From the IMG/VR virus record IMGVR_UViG_3300032401_000002, positions 1-64,000 of that record: 64,000 bases of DNA; one strand, 5' to 3'. Every line of letters begins with the position of its first letter. The first letter of the stretch is position 1. The notes below the pieces were generated by a model. It was not told where the DNA came from. It ran no database searches and worked only from the letters and a program-made list of their open reading frames with translations. Below are positions 21,600-32,058 of this stretch, in pieces. Source of the DNA: a virus. Made by a program: the position numbers and the translations under genes.

Positions 21600-21925
21600 C
21601 AGTCTCCTCCTCCGAGGATCTCTTCCTTCTCACTGATCACGAGATCTCCCAGTTCGTTGTGTAGCTCCTGGTACCTTTCGTGCCAGAGCTTGTCAATTTC
21701 AGGGGCTGTCATGTCGGTCGTGTCGAACTTCTCCGACCGAGACATGTGAACATCCACTGACTCGTAGTTACCGATGTTCACCTTCGTACCTATGGAGTAG
21801 CTGACCGATAGCTCGGTCTGCTTAACGGCCTTCTTTGCCGCAGCGCGTGGCCTGGGCTTGGGCGGTGTTGCGTCTGTCGCAGGCTTGGTAACCTTGCGAG
21901 CCGCAACTGTTTTCTCGACTGTCAT
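21599..21925 (-). CDS. hypothetical protein
   Basis: Leaderless start after TGgTAGACT-TAG. Confidence 0.6.
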   Translation of the reverse strand: MTVEKTVAARKVTKPATDATPPKPRPRAAAKKAVKQTELSVSYSIGTKVNIGNYESVDVHMSRSEKFDTTDMTAPEIDKLWHERYQELHNELGDLVISEKEEILGGGD

Positions 21926-21957
21926 GGTCTAAGTCTACCACCCCTAGGGGGAGGCAG

Positions 21958-22164
21958 CTAGACTCGACTGGTCTGCGTTAGCAGGCGAACACCGTCATTG
22001 AAGAGCGCCAGCGTCGAGCGCTGGATAGCATCCTCGATCTCCTTGACAGCATTCTCGGGCACAAGGCCACCACTTGCCGACCAGACGGTGAACTGCACTG
22101 CCTTGATCGGACGCGGCTTCCGCTTGACGGGGGCCTTGGTCGTCTTCTTGGTTTCAGCCATCAT
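21958..22164 (-). CDS. hypothetical protein
   Basis: ORF with AGGAGG RBS. Confidence 0.55.
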   Translation of the reverse strand: MMAETKKTTKAPVKRKPRPIKAVQFTVWSASGGLVPENAVKEIEDAIQRSTLALFNDGVRLLTQTSRV

Positions 22165-22175
22165 GGCCTCCTTGA

Positions 22176-23495
22176 CTAGACAGTGAACTTCTGGTCGCGC
22201 CAGCGCAGGATACCATCCTGCTCGTACGTTGCCAGATCGAATGAGAAACCTCCGTCAGGCCATACAGTGACCGTAGCGAAGCCGGGCTGCCAGTCAGGGT
22301 TGCCCCCGTTGGCGTATCCAAGTCCACCCTCGATCTGGCATAGGCAGCCAGCTTCGATGGCAGTAACGACATCCCACTTGTTGAGGATGGCGTTCCACAG
22401 TGTCTTGCGTGCAACCGACTGCCTGTGAGTGTGACCGAGGACAACGGAGTGCCCAAGCTCAATAGCGGTCTTGAGTGCTCCACCGGCAACCGTCTTGTGA
22501 CCGTGACGTGCTGCCAGCGTGTCGGTGATCGGGACGAACTGGAACTCGTAGGTTCCCTTCGGCTCGATGTACTCGATCCCTAGCTCCTTGAGCCTGAGAA
22601 GGTGGTTGAGCGAGTAGACCCACTCAGGCTCCTCCTCGCCCGGCCACTGGGCCTGGGTGACGCCGTACAGGCGCTCGTTGCGCTCAAGCTGCTCGTTGCG
22701 GATGCGGTCATCGTGGTTACCCTTGATGAGTGACCACTCAGTCTCAGGACTTGCGTTCACCGTGTCGAGGAGAAGAACTCCTGCCGACTGGACACACTGC
22801 TGCACAGTGGCGTTCCATGCCGGGTCGTCACGGTGGCGGGAGATGTATCCGTTGTCTAGGATGTCGCCGCCCCAGATCCCGAAGTCAGGACGGTTGTGAG
22901 CTAGCCACTGCTGGAAGACCTCGACGGCAGGCTCCAACTGGAACGGAGTCTGCGGGTCAGTCGGAATGACCCCCAGTCGAACACCCTCGGGACGTAGCTC
23001 CTTCTTGGGCCGCGCGATGGAGACCATCGGCGGAATGAATGGATAGACAACCTCGACCGGAGTCTTCTTGTGAAGGAAGATCTTGAACTGGTGAAGCGTG
23101 ATCTTCTCACCACCACCAGCATTGGCCTGCCACTGGTTGTCGAGGATCGTCTTGACTTCCCAGTGAGCCGGGTTGAGGTTACGGCGCTCCAGGATGTCCT
23201 CGATGACGAGCTTCTCGACGGGCTTGTCCACGGGCAGCGTAACGATGATCTCGTCGCCCTTGTCTTCGACTCCCACCGCGTCTGCACGGTTGTCGATCTC
23301 CTGGTTCAGACGACGCTTCTCAGCGGCATCCGCCAGAGTGTCGTTGCGCTCGATGCAGCGCCGAATGGACGCCTCAGATGTCTCGATGCCCTGCTCGGCT
23401 AGAGCGGCAACGATCTCGACATTGGTCTTGTTTGCAACGATCTGTCCGTAGATGTAAGACAGATGGTTGTCGAGCGGAGAGCTAGCCACGCTCAA
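22176..23495 (-). CDS. metallophosphoesterase with N-terminal HTH-like region
   Basis: GDILD, GNHD, HGH, GHTHR motifs. Confidence 0.8.
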   Translation of the reverse strand: MSVASSPLDNHLSYIYGQIVANKTNVEIVAALAEQGIETSEASIRRCIERNDTLADAAEKRRLNQEIDNRADAVGVEDKGDEIIVTLPVDKPVEKLVIEDILERRNLNPAHWEVKTILDNQWQANAGGGEKITLHQFKIFLHKKTPVEVVYPFIPPMVSIARPKKELRPEGVRLGVIPTDPQTPFQLEPAVEVFQQWLAHNRPDFGIWGGDILDNGYISRHRDDPAWNATVQQCVQSAGVLLLDTVNASPETEWSLIKGNHDDRIRNEQLERNERLYGVTQAQWPGEEEPEWVYSLNHLLRLKELGIEYIEPKGTYEFQFVPITDTLAARHGHKTVAGGALKTAIELGHSVVLGHTHRQSVARKTLWNAILNKWDVVTAIEAGCLCQIEGGLGYANGGNPDWQPGFATVTVWPDGGFSFDLATYEQDGILRWRDQKFTV

Positions 23496-25830
23496 TCACG
23501 TCACGACGTACCTTAGGCGGCACGCGGTCGATTACCTTCTTCTCGGTTGAACTTAGCTTCAGATCCATCTCAACATCCTCCGTCTCGAACACGCGAGTCT
23601 CTCGATGCTCGCGGGCTGTCTTTCGCATCTTCTTGCGGAACTCGATCTCATTGACCTCAACCTGTAGGGCTGCGATGTGCTGATCGATCTCTGCATCCGA
23701 TACGCTGTCCATTTCGTTAGCAAACTCCTCGAACTCTTCTGAGGCAACTCCCGCTGACTTGAGCAGCAACTTAGCTGCGGTTGGCATGCCAGGTCGGCGT
23801 TCATTGCTCACTTGTGGAATTGTACCTGCTGGCCCACCAGGCAGTGGTGCTGTCGGGGGCGGGCCACCACCAGGAACGGTACCACCCATGCCACCAGGGC
23901 CGAGATCCGGGGGTGCGGGAGGCATGATCGTACCGCCGCCACCGCCACCCGGAGGAGGAGCGCCAACGTCAACAGAGCCACCGCCGCCCATGCCACCCAT
24001 CGGGTCACCACCAGGAGCACCACCAGGAGGAGTGGGCGATCCGCCACCCTCGATCTCTGCCTGAAGGTCGGGCGGGATGGACAAGCCCTGCGAGCGAAGG
24101 ATCTTGTAGGTCTGGAGCTTGGCCATCTGCTGAGCAACCGTCTTCTGGATCATCTCTTCCTGCATCTCGTCCAGTGAGTCCTTGAACTCGAACGAAACGC
24201 CCACCATGAGGCGCTCGTCCGAGATCGGTACACCCATTGCACGGAGTGACTGTAGGAACTGGCGCTCTGTGGCTTCGTCGCGCACGTCCAGTGATTCGAA
24301 CTCAAGCTCGGGAGTGAGCAGCTTGTGCTTCTCCACAATGTGGGGGTTGCCCTCTTCGTCCCACTCGACAACCTCTTCCATGATCGGCACGCGGGTCTGA
24401 CCACGCTTCTCGTAGTCGTAGTGTTCCTGAGCCTCAGCGACAACCTCCATGCGCTCGCCAGCGTGCTTCTTCATGTACTTCTGGAAGGTCGAGAGGATCT
24501 GGTTCATGAACTCGGCGTTCAAGGCAGATGTCGCGTAGGGTGCGCCATCCGATCCCGATCCGAGGATGTTCTGGAGTCCGAAGATCTGCATCAGCCATCG
24601 GTCGATGCGGTCGAAGTCGTTGCCTAGGTCAGGTACCTGCTCGCGCCCGAAGACATTCTCGATCTCCAGAGCGTAGTGGTAGACCATGAGGCGGAAGTCT
24701 GACGATAGTGCGAGATCCATGTCGTCGCGGAATGCCTCAAGCTGATCCGGCCCAGGAATCCACGGGCCTTCCGAGGCGCTACCTTCTCCGACGTTGTTGA
24801 TACCCAGCTTGGCCAGGATGAGAGGCGAGTACAAGCGCTCAGCGATAGCGTCCTGTGATGCCAACAGCTTCTCCTCGTGGAGGAGCGTGCGTAGACCACG
24901 AAGCATGATCGGAGTACCGTGATCGTCCCAGTCAGTGATCTTGAACGCTACCTGCTTGAGCAGAACGTTCGATACGGGGAACGGCTCGCCACGACGTAGG
25001 TACGGGATGAGGTCGGGGAAGTTCAGTTCAAGCTGCTTGTACATGTCGGGCGGCGACTTGGTGCTTGCCAGCCTCTTCATGTACTCGGGCGGAACGACCT
25101 TCATCTGAGACGTGCCCAGGAGCGGGAAGTTCTCAATGATGATGTCCTCAGGATTGAGAAGCTCTTCCCTCTCCCACACCCCCAGCGACTCGTTGAACGA
25201 TCCAAGCGGGAACGCCTCGCCGACCGTCCAATACTCGCGACCCAAGTTGACCAGGAAGTCTTCGTACTTCAGTTCGTTGAGGAAGAGATCCTCATAGAAC
25301 TCCGTGATCTTCTTGTCCTTCGAGTAGAAGTGCATCCCGACGAGAGGGAACCTCGTGAAGATGTCAATCAGGATCGGCACAAGGCGATGGGTAGCGTAGT
25401 ACAACCGCAGCCACTTATGCAGCTTGTGGCGGTGACCCTCGTCGGCCATGTTCCACGGCAGACCAGAGAGATCCCAATACTCAAGGGGATCATAGAAGCG
25501 CGGGATAGCGATAGCCACGTCCTGAGACGAGCCAAGCCTTCGCATCGAAGAGATGTTGCGCTGCTTGCCCATGGCACCCATCAGTGCCGCGTTGTTCTTC
25601 ATGATGGACTGAACTTCAGCGCTTTGCCCGCTCTGACGCGAGCCGTAGTTGGCTAGAGCGTCAAGACCCTTGACATCCTTCGTCAGACTTCCCCGCTCCG
25701 ATGCCATCTTCTGCATCTGGCGAGCCGACTCCAGAGCGCGATGAGGATTCTTCGGAAGGGTGATCCCCGCCGACCTCAGGTTCGCTAGCTCCTGCTGTAA
25801 TTCCTTGGTTGCTGTTCGTTTGGACGCCAC
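23482..25830 (-). CDS. portal protein
   Basis: Near the terminase; 'HRLVPILIDIFTRFP..GREYWTVGEAFP..GTPIMLRGLR..AIAERLYSPLILAKLG'; P/G-rich tail. Confidence 0.75.
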   Translation of the reverse strand: MASKRTATKELQQELANLRSAGITLPKNPHRALESARQMQKMASERGSLTKDVKGLDALANYGSRQSGQSAEVQSIMKNNAALMGAMGKQRNISSMRRLGSSQDVAIAIPRFYDPLEYWDLSGLPWNMADEGHRHKLHKWLRLYYATHRLVPILIDIFTRFPLVGMHFYSKDKKITEFYEDLFLNELKYEDFLVNLGREYWTVGEAFPLGSFNESLGVWEREELLNPEDIIIENFPLLGTSQMKVVPPEYMKRLASTKSPPDMYKQLELNFPDLIPYLRRGEPFPVSNVLLKQVAFKITDWDDHGTPIMLRGLRTLLHEEKLLASQDAIAERLYSPLILAKLGINNVGEGSASEGPWIPGPDQLEAFRDDMDLALSSDFRLMVYHYALEIENVFGREQVPDLGNDFDRIDRWLMQIFGLQNILGSGSDGAPYATSALNAEFMNQILSTFQKYMKKHAGERMEVVAEAQEHYDYEKRGQTRVPIMEEVVEWDEEGNPHIVEKHKLLTPELEFESLDVRDEATERQFLQSLRAMGVPISDERLMVGVSFEFKDSLDEMQEEMIQKTVAQQMAKLQTYKILRSQGLSIPPDLQAEIEGGGSPTPPGGAPGGDPMGGMGGGGSVDVGAPPPGGGGGGTIMPPAPPDLGPGGMGGTVPGGGPPPTAPLPGGPAGTIPQVSNERRPGMPTAAKLLLKSAGVASEEFEEFANEMDSVSDAEIDQHIAALQVEVNEIEFRKKMRKTAREHRETRVFETEDVEMDLKLSSTEKKVIDRVPPKVRRDVIERG

Positions 25831-26068
25831 GTTCTATCCTTAATCGGACGATCTCTTGAAGTTCTTCAGTCGGAATCCAACCTCGGTCAGCTTCAGCGTG
25901 GTGGTTGGGGCATAGCGCGATGACATTTCCGAGCTTGTACTTACCACCGTCGCGACCCGGCACAATTCGATGTCGCTGGAAGATCTTGGCGTAAGCACAT
26001 CTTGGAATCTCGCAGTAGTTGGGAGTAAGAGCGTCCCGTTTCCTACGAGACGGACTCTTCCCACCCAC
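25661..26068 (-). CDS. HNH endonuclease
   Basis: 'HRIVPGRDGG..NVIALCPNHH'. Confidence 0.75.
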   Translation of the reverse strand: MGGKSPSRRKRDALTPNYCEIPRCAYAKIFQRHRIVPGRDGGKYKLGNVIALCPNHHAEADRGWIPTEELQEIVRLRIERGVQTNSNQGITAGASEPEVGGDHPSEESSSRSGVGSPDAEDGIGAGKSDEGCQGS

Positions 26069-26072
26069 GTCT

Positions 26073-26951
26073 CTAGGTTACGACCAGCCAGTTATCGAGT
26101 GCGCTACTCGTAACCGGATCGGCCTGGTTCTTCTGATCTCCGAACGTCTTGGTGCTCTGAGACTCATTGAACTCGGGCTGTGTCGCCTGGTCAGCGTCTA
26201 CGGTCTTCCGCAGAGGGCTGCTCGGATCGAAGTCAGCGGCGTCATACTTTGCCTTGTCGGTGACATCTTGATTCACCAGCTTGTTCCTCACCGAATCCAC
26301 GTCGATTGCCGAGAGACCACCAGCGGTGCCCTTGTCAATCGCAGGCTCGTTGGGGCCACCCAGGCCCGAAGCGTCCGCGCTAGGAAGGCTGACACTCTTC
26401 TGCTGATACGAGTCACCAGTTTCAACACCGGCTGCTGTCTTGGATGACTTGGTGCTGCATGAGCAACCATCATCTCCGCACTCGCACTTGCCAGCGCACT
26501 TGCCGCCGCACCCACAAGCACAAGCTACACGAGACTCGACAAACTTCTCGTCCTCGTCACCCGTGTCGTTGTCAGGATTGTCGTCATCGACATCAGGCAG
26601 TGGGCCAGTGTCCTTCTTGGAACCAGGGAGATTGCCCTTGTTCTCACAGAAGCCGCAACCGCAGTCGCTAGCATGTCCGCCGCCAAGGGCAACCGTGCTG
26701 GCTAGGAAGAGCCTGTCGGCGTCTTCGAAGCCGTACTCCTCGCACACTTCGGAAGCGATGGTGCGAAGGTTGGTCTCGATGAGACCGATGCGTGCTTCAA
26801 CCTCATCAGGCGTAGTCGCCTTAGCGATGAAGTTCGAGAAGCGAGTCTTAGCGCGAGCCTGAACTGCGATGACAGCACGAGAGCCAGCGATGCGCTCCTG
26901 CTCCTCTGCGTCCTCGGTGGCTAGCACCTGGAATAGATCGATGTTCGTCAT
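26073..26951 (-). CDS. putative head-associated protein with Cys-rich patches
   Basis: Between portal and terminase; acidic. Confidence 0.5.
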   Translation of the reverse strand: MTNIDLFQVLATEDAEEQERIAGSRAVIAVQARAKTRFSNFIAKATTPDEVEARIGLIETNLRTIASEVCEEYGFEDADRLFLASTVALGGGHASDCGCGFCENKGNLPGSKKDTGPLPDVDDDNPDNDTGDEDEKFVESRVACACGCGGKCAGKCECGDDGCSCSTKSSKTAAGVETGDSYQQKSVSLPSADASGLGGPNEPAIDKGTAGGLSAIDVDSVRNKLVNQDVTDKAKYDAADFDPSSPLRKTVDADQATQPEFNESQSTKTFGDQKNQADPVTSSALDNWLVVT

Positions 26952-26958
26952 GATTCTC

Positions 26959-28512
26959 CTAGAGGAAGAGGGCCTCTGCCGGGCCTTCGTTGTCTGTGGT
27001 GTCTTCAGCGGTGAACTCTTCAGTGTGGACGAGACGATGCTCGTCTGCTACCGAAAGGAACTCGTTGATCTGTCCGCCACTCAAGCCAATCTGGGTAGCG
27101 TAGTGCGCTGCTGCGAAGCGGAAGTCGTCATCGTCAGCGGTCTTGGTGTACGGGGACTCGGTCACCCAGATCGTGGCAGCCTCAACGATGTTTCCGTTGT
27201 ACGGGAAGATCTGCGGCTCGGCCTGCTCCAGCTTGTTGAATGCATAGCTCGTGAGGCTAGCCAGGTACTTGGTGTCATCAGGGTTGCCCACTGACGCCAG
27301 TGCTGCCTTGAGTGCGATCTGCTCAACCTGAGCGTCCGAATCGAAGCCTTCGAGCTTGACTTGGTCGTGGAAGCCCACCTTGGAGATGTTCGCGCGAACT
27401 GCACGACGGACTAGCTCCAGATTGGCCAAACGTGCCTCAATCGAGGGACGTGTGGGCTGAACTTCGGGGATAGAGTCGATGAAAGTCTGAATCTCGGTCA
27501 CAGGATGCTGCGGAGATGCCCCTGTAAGGCTCTCAATGGCCTCAGGAGCCACGTCGAGGGTACCACCCTCATCAAGTGCCACCTTGACCGTAGTTTCGCC
27601 CCACAAGCCCTCCCAGCGGCTTAGCTCGACGCCCTCCATGCTGGTTCCAGCAATTCGGACGCGCTTTGCCATGACGGGAGGCTGCTGCGATAGCCCCTGC
27701 ATCTCGCCAGTAGCGCTCGGATCATCGGGCGGGGGTGTCTCAAAGGGATCTTGACCAAGCTGGTCAGTTACCGGAGGCTCATTCGGCTGCGCCTGTGCGC
27801 GCTGAAGGACTTCCTCGGGGTTGGGACAGCCATCATGCGCAAGCTGTGCCACAACCTGCTCGGGCGACTGGCCACGGTTCAGGCCGTCAATGGCCGTATT
27901 GACCCACGTCTGAAGAGCGACCTCCTGCTCGGGGCTGTTGTTAGCATTGTCAACGCTCGGCGGCATGTCCGGGTTGGGGCCGTCAACGACGGGGTTGTAC
28001 GGTTGCGTTGCGCCAACGCCTCCTGGCTGCTGAAGCTCGCCCAGGGATACAACGCGCCAGTTTGATTGAACAGCGGTAGTCATCTCACCCCTTACATGGA
28101 CGGACTCACTGGCTTTGTTGCCCCAATGCGCAGCGACCTGTTGCCCGGTCTCTTCTGGAATACTCAGATACTCCCGGCGCAAGTGATTCGCAGCCTGGTT
28201 GTACCTCTCAGGCGGAAGGACGGGGTCAGGCTGACCTGGTGCTCCCCTGTAGGGATTCGTGCCTACTTCAGCAATCCCGCGAGCTACGTGCAGAGCATCC
28301 CTGTCCATCTGATCACCACCACCCGTCTCGGCAGACCACTGCACGGGGACACCAGGACGAGTACCCTTCAAGATCTCGTCGTAGTGTTCATCATTGTGCG
28401 GGTCTAGCCCGTTGATCTGAATGTGGCCGGGCTGCATGTGATGCCTGATAGCTCCCAGCGACCCATTATGCAGGCCAGCACGGAAATTGATGGGTGCGGT
28501 CTCGGTGTACAT
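26959..28512 (-). CDS. putative head-associated protein
   Basis: 517-aa ORF in the packaging module. Confidence 0.5.
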   Translation of the reverse strand: MYTETAPINFRAGLHNGSLGAIRHHMQPGHIQINGLDPHNDEHYDEILKGTRPGVPVQWSAETGGGDQMDRDALHVARGIAEVGTNPYRGAPGQPDPVLPPERYNQAANHLRREYLSIPEETGQQVAAHWGNKASESVHVRGEMTTAVQSNWRVVSLGELQQPGGVGATQPYNPVVDGPNPDMPPSVDNANNSPEQEVALQTWVNTAIDGLNRGQSPEQVVAQLAHDGCPNPEEVLQRAQAQPNEPPVTDQLGQDPFETPPPDDPSATGEMQGLSQQPPVMAKRVRIAGTSMEGVELSRWEGLWGETTVKVALDEGGTLDVAPEAIESLTGASPQHPVTEIQTFIDSIPEVQPTRPSIEARLANLELVRRAVRANISKVGFHDQVKLEGFDSDAQVEQIALKAALASVGNPDDTKYLASLTSYAFNKLEQAEPQIFPYNGNIVEAATIWVTESPYTKTADDDDFRFAAAHYATQIGLSGGQINEFLSVADEHRLVHTEEFTAEDTTDNEGPAEALFL

Positions 28513-28544
28513 CTATGCATTAGGAGGCAGAGAGTGGCTTGAAT

Positions 28545-30593
28545 CTAGCGACGGCCACGATCTCGAATGCCTCGGGTGATCGAAGGATTGTTAGATCCGC
28601 TCCTGCCATAGAACTCTCCGAAACGCCCGCCACCCTTTGAGGCTGAAGCGTTGGGGTCTGGGCCACCTGGCGCACGTCCACCGATCTGGTATCCACCCTC
28701 TGATCCGCCCATGAGCTTGGCCCGCCCGAAGTTCTTCTGCATGAGATCTCCGAGGTAAGATGACAGGAACTTGTAGGTGACTTCAGCAATGCAGTCCGCA
28801 ATGTCCTTGGTCTGGATGGGGCCGAGGGTCTGCTTGTCTACCCTCTTGGTCTGACCAGTCTGGATCTCCTGAAGGAACTTCAACTCCATCGATGCGTACT
28901 CGGAGTGATCAAAGTCATCGAAGTAGCAGTCAGGCGGGATGTGAACCAGGTCTAGGTAGAGCGCTGTCTTGAACGCTTCCCAGCGATTCCAGTTGACCGC
29001 CTGTGTTGCTGTGACCTCTGCGATACGAGTCTCATAGATGCCCATGCTACGAATGTCCTCACGTAGCTCCTGCATCAGACCGGCAGAGTTGTACTGGTCG
29101 AACGTGACCATGCCTGGCCGGTAGAGATCGATCTGATGCGCGAGATCCTTCCGCACCTGGATGTAGTTGATGACCCCACCTGGGAAGCTCGCGGGGTTCC
29201 ATCTCATCACGCGGTCGAAGACAACATGACGAGCCAGACCATCTGGCCAGAATCCAGTCTCGTCCGGGAACTCTTCGACATGAGCCATGGCGTAGCCGAA
29301 GCCTGCGGTCGTGCTCGAAGGGTCACAATGCGCTGCGTAGTCGTAGACGTATGATCCACCGTTGGTTGTCCCATGGAACTTGCCGTTAGGCAAGATACCA
29401 CTGAAGGCTTGATCCACCTTCTCTGGTCGCAGGTAAGCATCGAGAACCTCTGCCCAGTTGGCTCGATACTCGACCTTGTAGGTGTCGGGCTGAGCCTTCT
29501 CCTTCAACTGCTCCTGCTGGCGCTTGCCCAGGCTGATCTTATCAAGGCGGCTAGACTCGACATCCTTGTCAAGCTGATCCTTCCAGTTCGGAGAGACCAT
29601 AATCGCGTTGGTGTAGCGCTGCTCAGGATCGAGCCACCACTTGTCGTACAACGCCCACGACGGGAACTTGAAAGCGAAGCGCATGGGGAAGACTTCTGTA
29701 TCGTCTGTGCCCGCACTGATGGGCCGCAGCGCCTGCTCGACCAACTCGTAGAACATACCGATCTTGGTGTACGGTGACGAGTTGGCAAAGACGAGAGCGT
29801 GATAGCCGAACTGAGCCAGAGACGGCTCGGCAGCCGTATACACCTGGTGTGCGGACGAACGCGACTCGCCGGGCATCATGAATGCCATCTCGTCAAACAC
29901 GATGACGATGGAAGCAGAGCCTCGGAGGGTGTCAGCGTTCGCGGCCAACGGGATGACCCGGAGCTTGGCGAAGTCTCGGGCAACCTTGATCCCCTGCGCC
30001 TGCATGTTCGCGATGTTGTCGATATCAGTCTGACACCTGATCGTGATCATCTCCTCCTGTCGCTTGGAGATGTACGGCTCTAGAGCCTTGCAGCGCGTGA
30101 TGACGGAGTAGAAGTCGGCGAACTGTCGAGTCTTGGCCTGCTCGAATGCGGCAGCCATGCATGAGAACTCGATCTGCTTGTCTACGTCCATCCCGTAGAA
30201 CGCACCCGGATCTGGGATCTCCTGAACACGGAAGAGCTTGTAGCCACCAGCCAGAGCCGTGATGTATCCCTTAGATGATCGTCGCCCTCCCACGAGATCG
30301 ACCTGACCAAAGTGGTCGTACCCCTGCGCCCTACACCAGTCCCGACGCTCTCTGATGTCTTTGGACAAAGTGATCTCGCCATTGCGTCCGCCATTGATCA
30401 TCCAGGTCAGGAGATCCTCTTCCCAACCCTCCATCTCTTCGAGGAAGATCAGCTTGAGGAGAACTCGCTGAAGAGGGTAGAGAGGCTTGCCGCAGTAGTC
30501 ACTCGACTCGGCAAACTCCACAATGCCCGAAGCGCTACCCTTGAGGCCGCGCTTGAGTTCGCCACTTAGGTCGAAGCTACTTAGAGCGCCCAT
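28545..30593 (-). CDS. terminase large subunit
   Basis: Walker A GGRRSSKG, Walker B IVFDEMA, nuclease motifs HCDPS / TFDQYNS / KDIAD. Confidence 0.9.
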   Translation of the reverse strand: MGALSSFDLSGELKRGLKGSASGIVEFAESSDYCGKPLYPLQRVLLKLIFLEEMEGWEEDLLTWMINGGRNGEITLSKDIRERRDWCRAQGYDHFGQVDLVGGRRSSKGYITALAGGYKLFRVQEIPDPGAFYGMDVDKQIEFSCMAAAFEQAKTRQFADFYSVITRCKALEPYISKRQEEMITIRCQTDIDNIANMQAQGIKVARDFAKLRVIPLAANADTLRGSASIVIVFDEMAFMMPGESRSSAHQVYTAAEPSLAQFGYHALVFANSSPYTKIGMFYELVEQALRPISAGTDDTEVFPMRFAFKFPSWALYDKWWLDPEQRYTNAIMVSPNWKDQLDKDVESSRLDKISLGKRQQEQLKEKAQPDTYKVEYRANWAEVLDAYLRPEKVDQAFSGILPNGKFHGTTNGGSYVYDYAAHCDPSSTTAGFGYAMAHVEEFPDETGFWPDGLARHVVFDRVMRWNPASFPGGVINYIQVRKDLAHQIDLYRPGMVTFDQYNSAGLMQELREDIRSMGIYETRIAEVTATQAVNWNRWEAFKTALYLDLVHIPPDCYFDDFDHSEYASMELKFLQEIQTGQTKRVDKQTLGPIQTKDIADCIAEVTYKFLSSYLGDLMQKNFGRAKLMGGSEGGYQIGGRAPGGPDPNASASKGGGRFGEFYGRSGSNNPSITRGIRDRGRR

Positions 30594-30822
30594 TGCGCTC
30601 CAGTAGTCGGTTGAATCCAGACATGATGTCGTCCATCTGCTTGTCAACATCCTGCTCAACGAATGCCTTCGGGCCGTCCATGAGAACGAGCTTGCTGGCA
30701 CAGTTAGGGCATTCCCAGACAGGGGCACCCGCTGCGGTAGTCATACCACAGTCATCGTTCACGCACTTGTAAGTGTAGGCCCCGAATGGGTGCCTACCCT
30801 CGGTTGGTTTCTTTCTCTCCAT
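30577..30822 (-). CDS. Zn-ribbon protein
   Basis: CxxxxC...CPNC. Confidence 0.5.
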   Translation of the reverse strand: MERKKPTEGRHPFGAYTYKCVNDDCGMTTAAGAPVWECPNCASKLVLMDGPKAFVEQDVDKQMDDIMSGFNRLLERNGRSK

Positions 30823-31162
30823 AGAATCTCTCGTTGCGGATGTTCGCTGCCAGCACTTCGTGACGCTTGCGCTCGTGGTCGAATCCATCCGTCTCGTGGT
30901 CTGCTCCTCGGGCACCAGGCGCTCGGCCCATGACCTCAATAGCAATCGGGAAAGACTCCATGGTGTTAGGGTCAACCATGAGTGCATTCTCCCAAACGAC
31001 ATTGACGATGAAGCCCGCCTGTAGGAACTCAGCGTGTGCCACAGTGGCCAACTCCTGAAGGTTCCTCTTGTTGTTGGGCTTGCGTGAGAAGCGATCCATC
31101 AGGCTCTTCCAGATGACGCTGACCTCTTTCACTTCCCAGTCGTACAAGTCTGCTGTATCCAT
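30794..31162 (-). CDS. hypothetical protein
   Basis: ORF in operon. Confidence 0.6.
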   Translation of the reverse strand: MDTADLYDWEVKEVSVIWKSLMDRFSRKPNNKRNLQELATVAHAEFLQAGFIVNVVWENALMVDPNTMESFPIAIEVMGRAPGARGADHETDGFDHERKRHEVLAANIRNERFYGEKETNRG

Positions 31163-31812
31163 TACTCACTCTCCTCTTCCTCTTCTGCCTCGACATCCAC
31201 GGCTTCTTCGATCTGTGCCGGTTTGGGAGTGCCAAGTAGTATCTCGTATGTGTCGTACACAGTCACCCACTGATCTTCAGGGACAACCTCTTTGACCGCA
31301 GCCATGAAGGCACGGAACTGTCTCTCCAACTCTGCCACCTGAGCGCCAGCTTGCTCGGCATCCATCTTCTCCAGGATCTGGACGGCTTGGAGAAGATCCT
31401 TGACCTCTGAAGTGATCTGACCCGCCTGCATCTTCTCCAGGGCGTCGTTCACTACCTGCTCTACGGCCGCACGCTTCGTTCTAATGTTCTCCGACGCGAT
31501 GGCTATGTCAGCACCTTGCCTGCGCGCATTCTCCTCGTAGATAGCCCTTACAGCCTTGTCCCGAAGGGTCATGTGCTTGGCGGCGTGAAGGGAGATGTTG
31601 TTGGCAGTGAAGAACTCTTTCCCGTAGATGCCATTGAAGTGTCGCTTGACTGCTGCCTGTTGCCATCCCATTGCGATGGCGTGATCGATCTCTCTACGGT
31701 GAGGAGACTGACACACCTTGCAGCGCGCGGCCACGATCTCGAATCCAGACGCAGCGGCACCCGGTACTACGGGTACGTTAGCCTGCCTGCCTCCTTCGCT
31801 GAACTTAGCCAT
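31162..31812 (-). CDS. possible terminase small subunit
   Basis: CKVC..H Zn/HTH-like N-terminus, helical C-terminus; upstream of the large terminase. Confidence 0.4.
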   Translation of the reverse strand: MAKFSEGGRQANVPVVPGAAASGFEIVAARCKVCQSPHRREIDHAIAMGWQQAAVKRHFNGIYGKEFFTANNISLHAAKHMTLRDKAVRAIYEENARRQGADIAIASENIRTKRAAVEQVVNDALEKMQAGQITSEVKDLLQAVQILEKMDAEQAGAQVAELERQFRAFMAAVKEVVPEDQWVTVYDTYEILLGTPKPAQIEEAVDVEAEEEEESE

Positions 31813-32058
31813 CTAGCAAATGTTCTCTGGCCGCTGCCGAGGCAACGGATCGCCTGTGTGATAATCGAAAGGAGATCCAGGTAGAGGATCACCCACGTAG
31901 TAAGGGGGCTGCCTGGGTGGCCACACTGGCTCTGCCACGTCTTTCACCGTGTCGAACGTGACTGAGTAAAGCGGAAACGCTAGAGACTCTAGAGCCTTGG
32001 CAATGCGCTCCAGGACACCCATCAGTTCTTTGTGCTCAGCGGAAGTAGGACGCGCCAT
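31813..32058 (-). CDS. hypothetical protein
   Basis: ORF with GGAGG RBS. Confidence 0.5.
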   Translation of the reverse strand: MARPTSAEHKELMGVLERIAKALESLAFPLYSVTFDTVKDVAEPVWPPRQPPYYVGDPLPGSPFDYHTGDPLPRQRPENIC

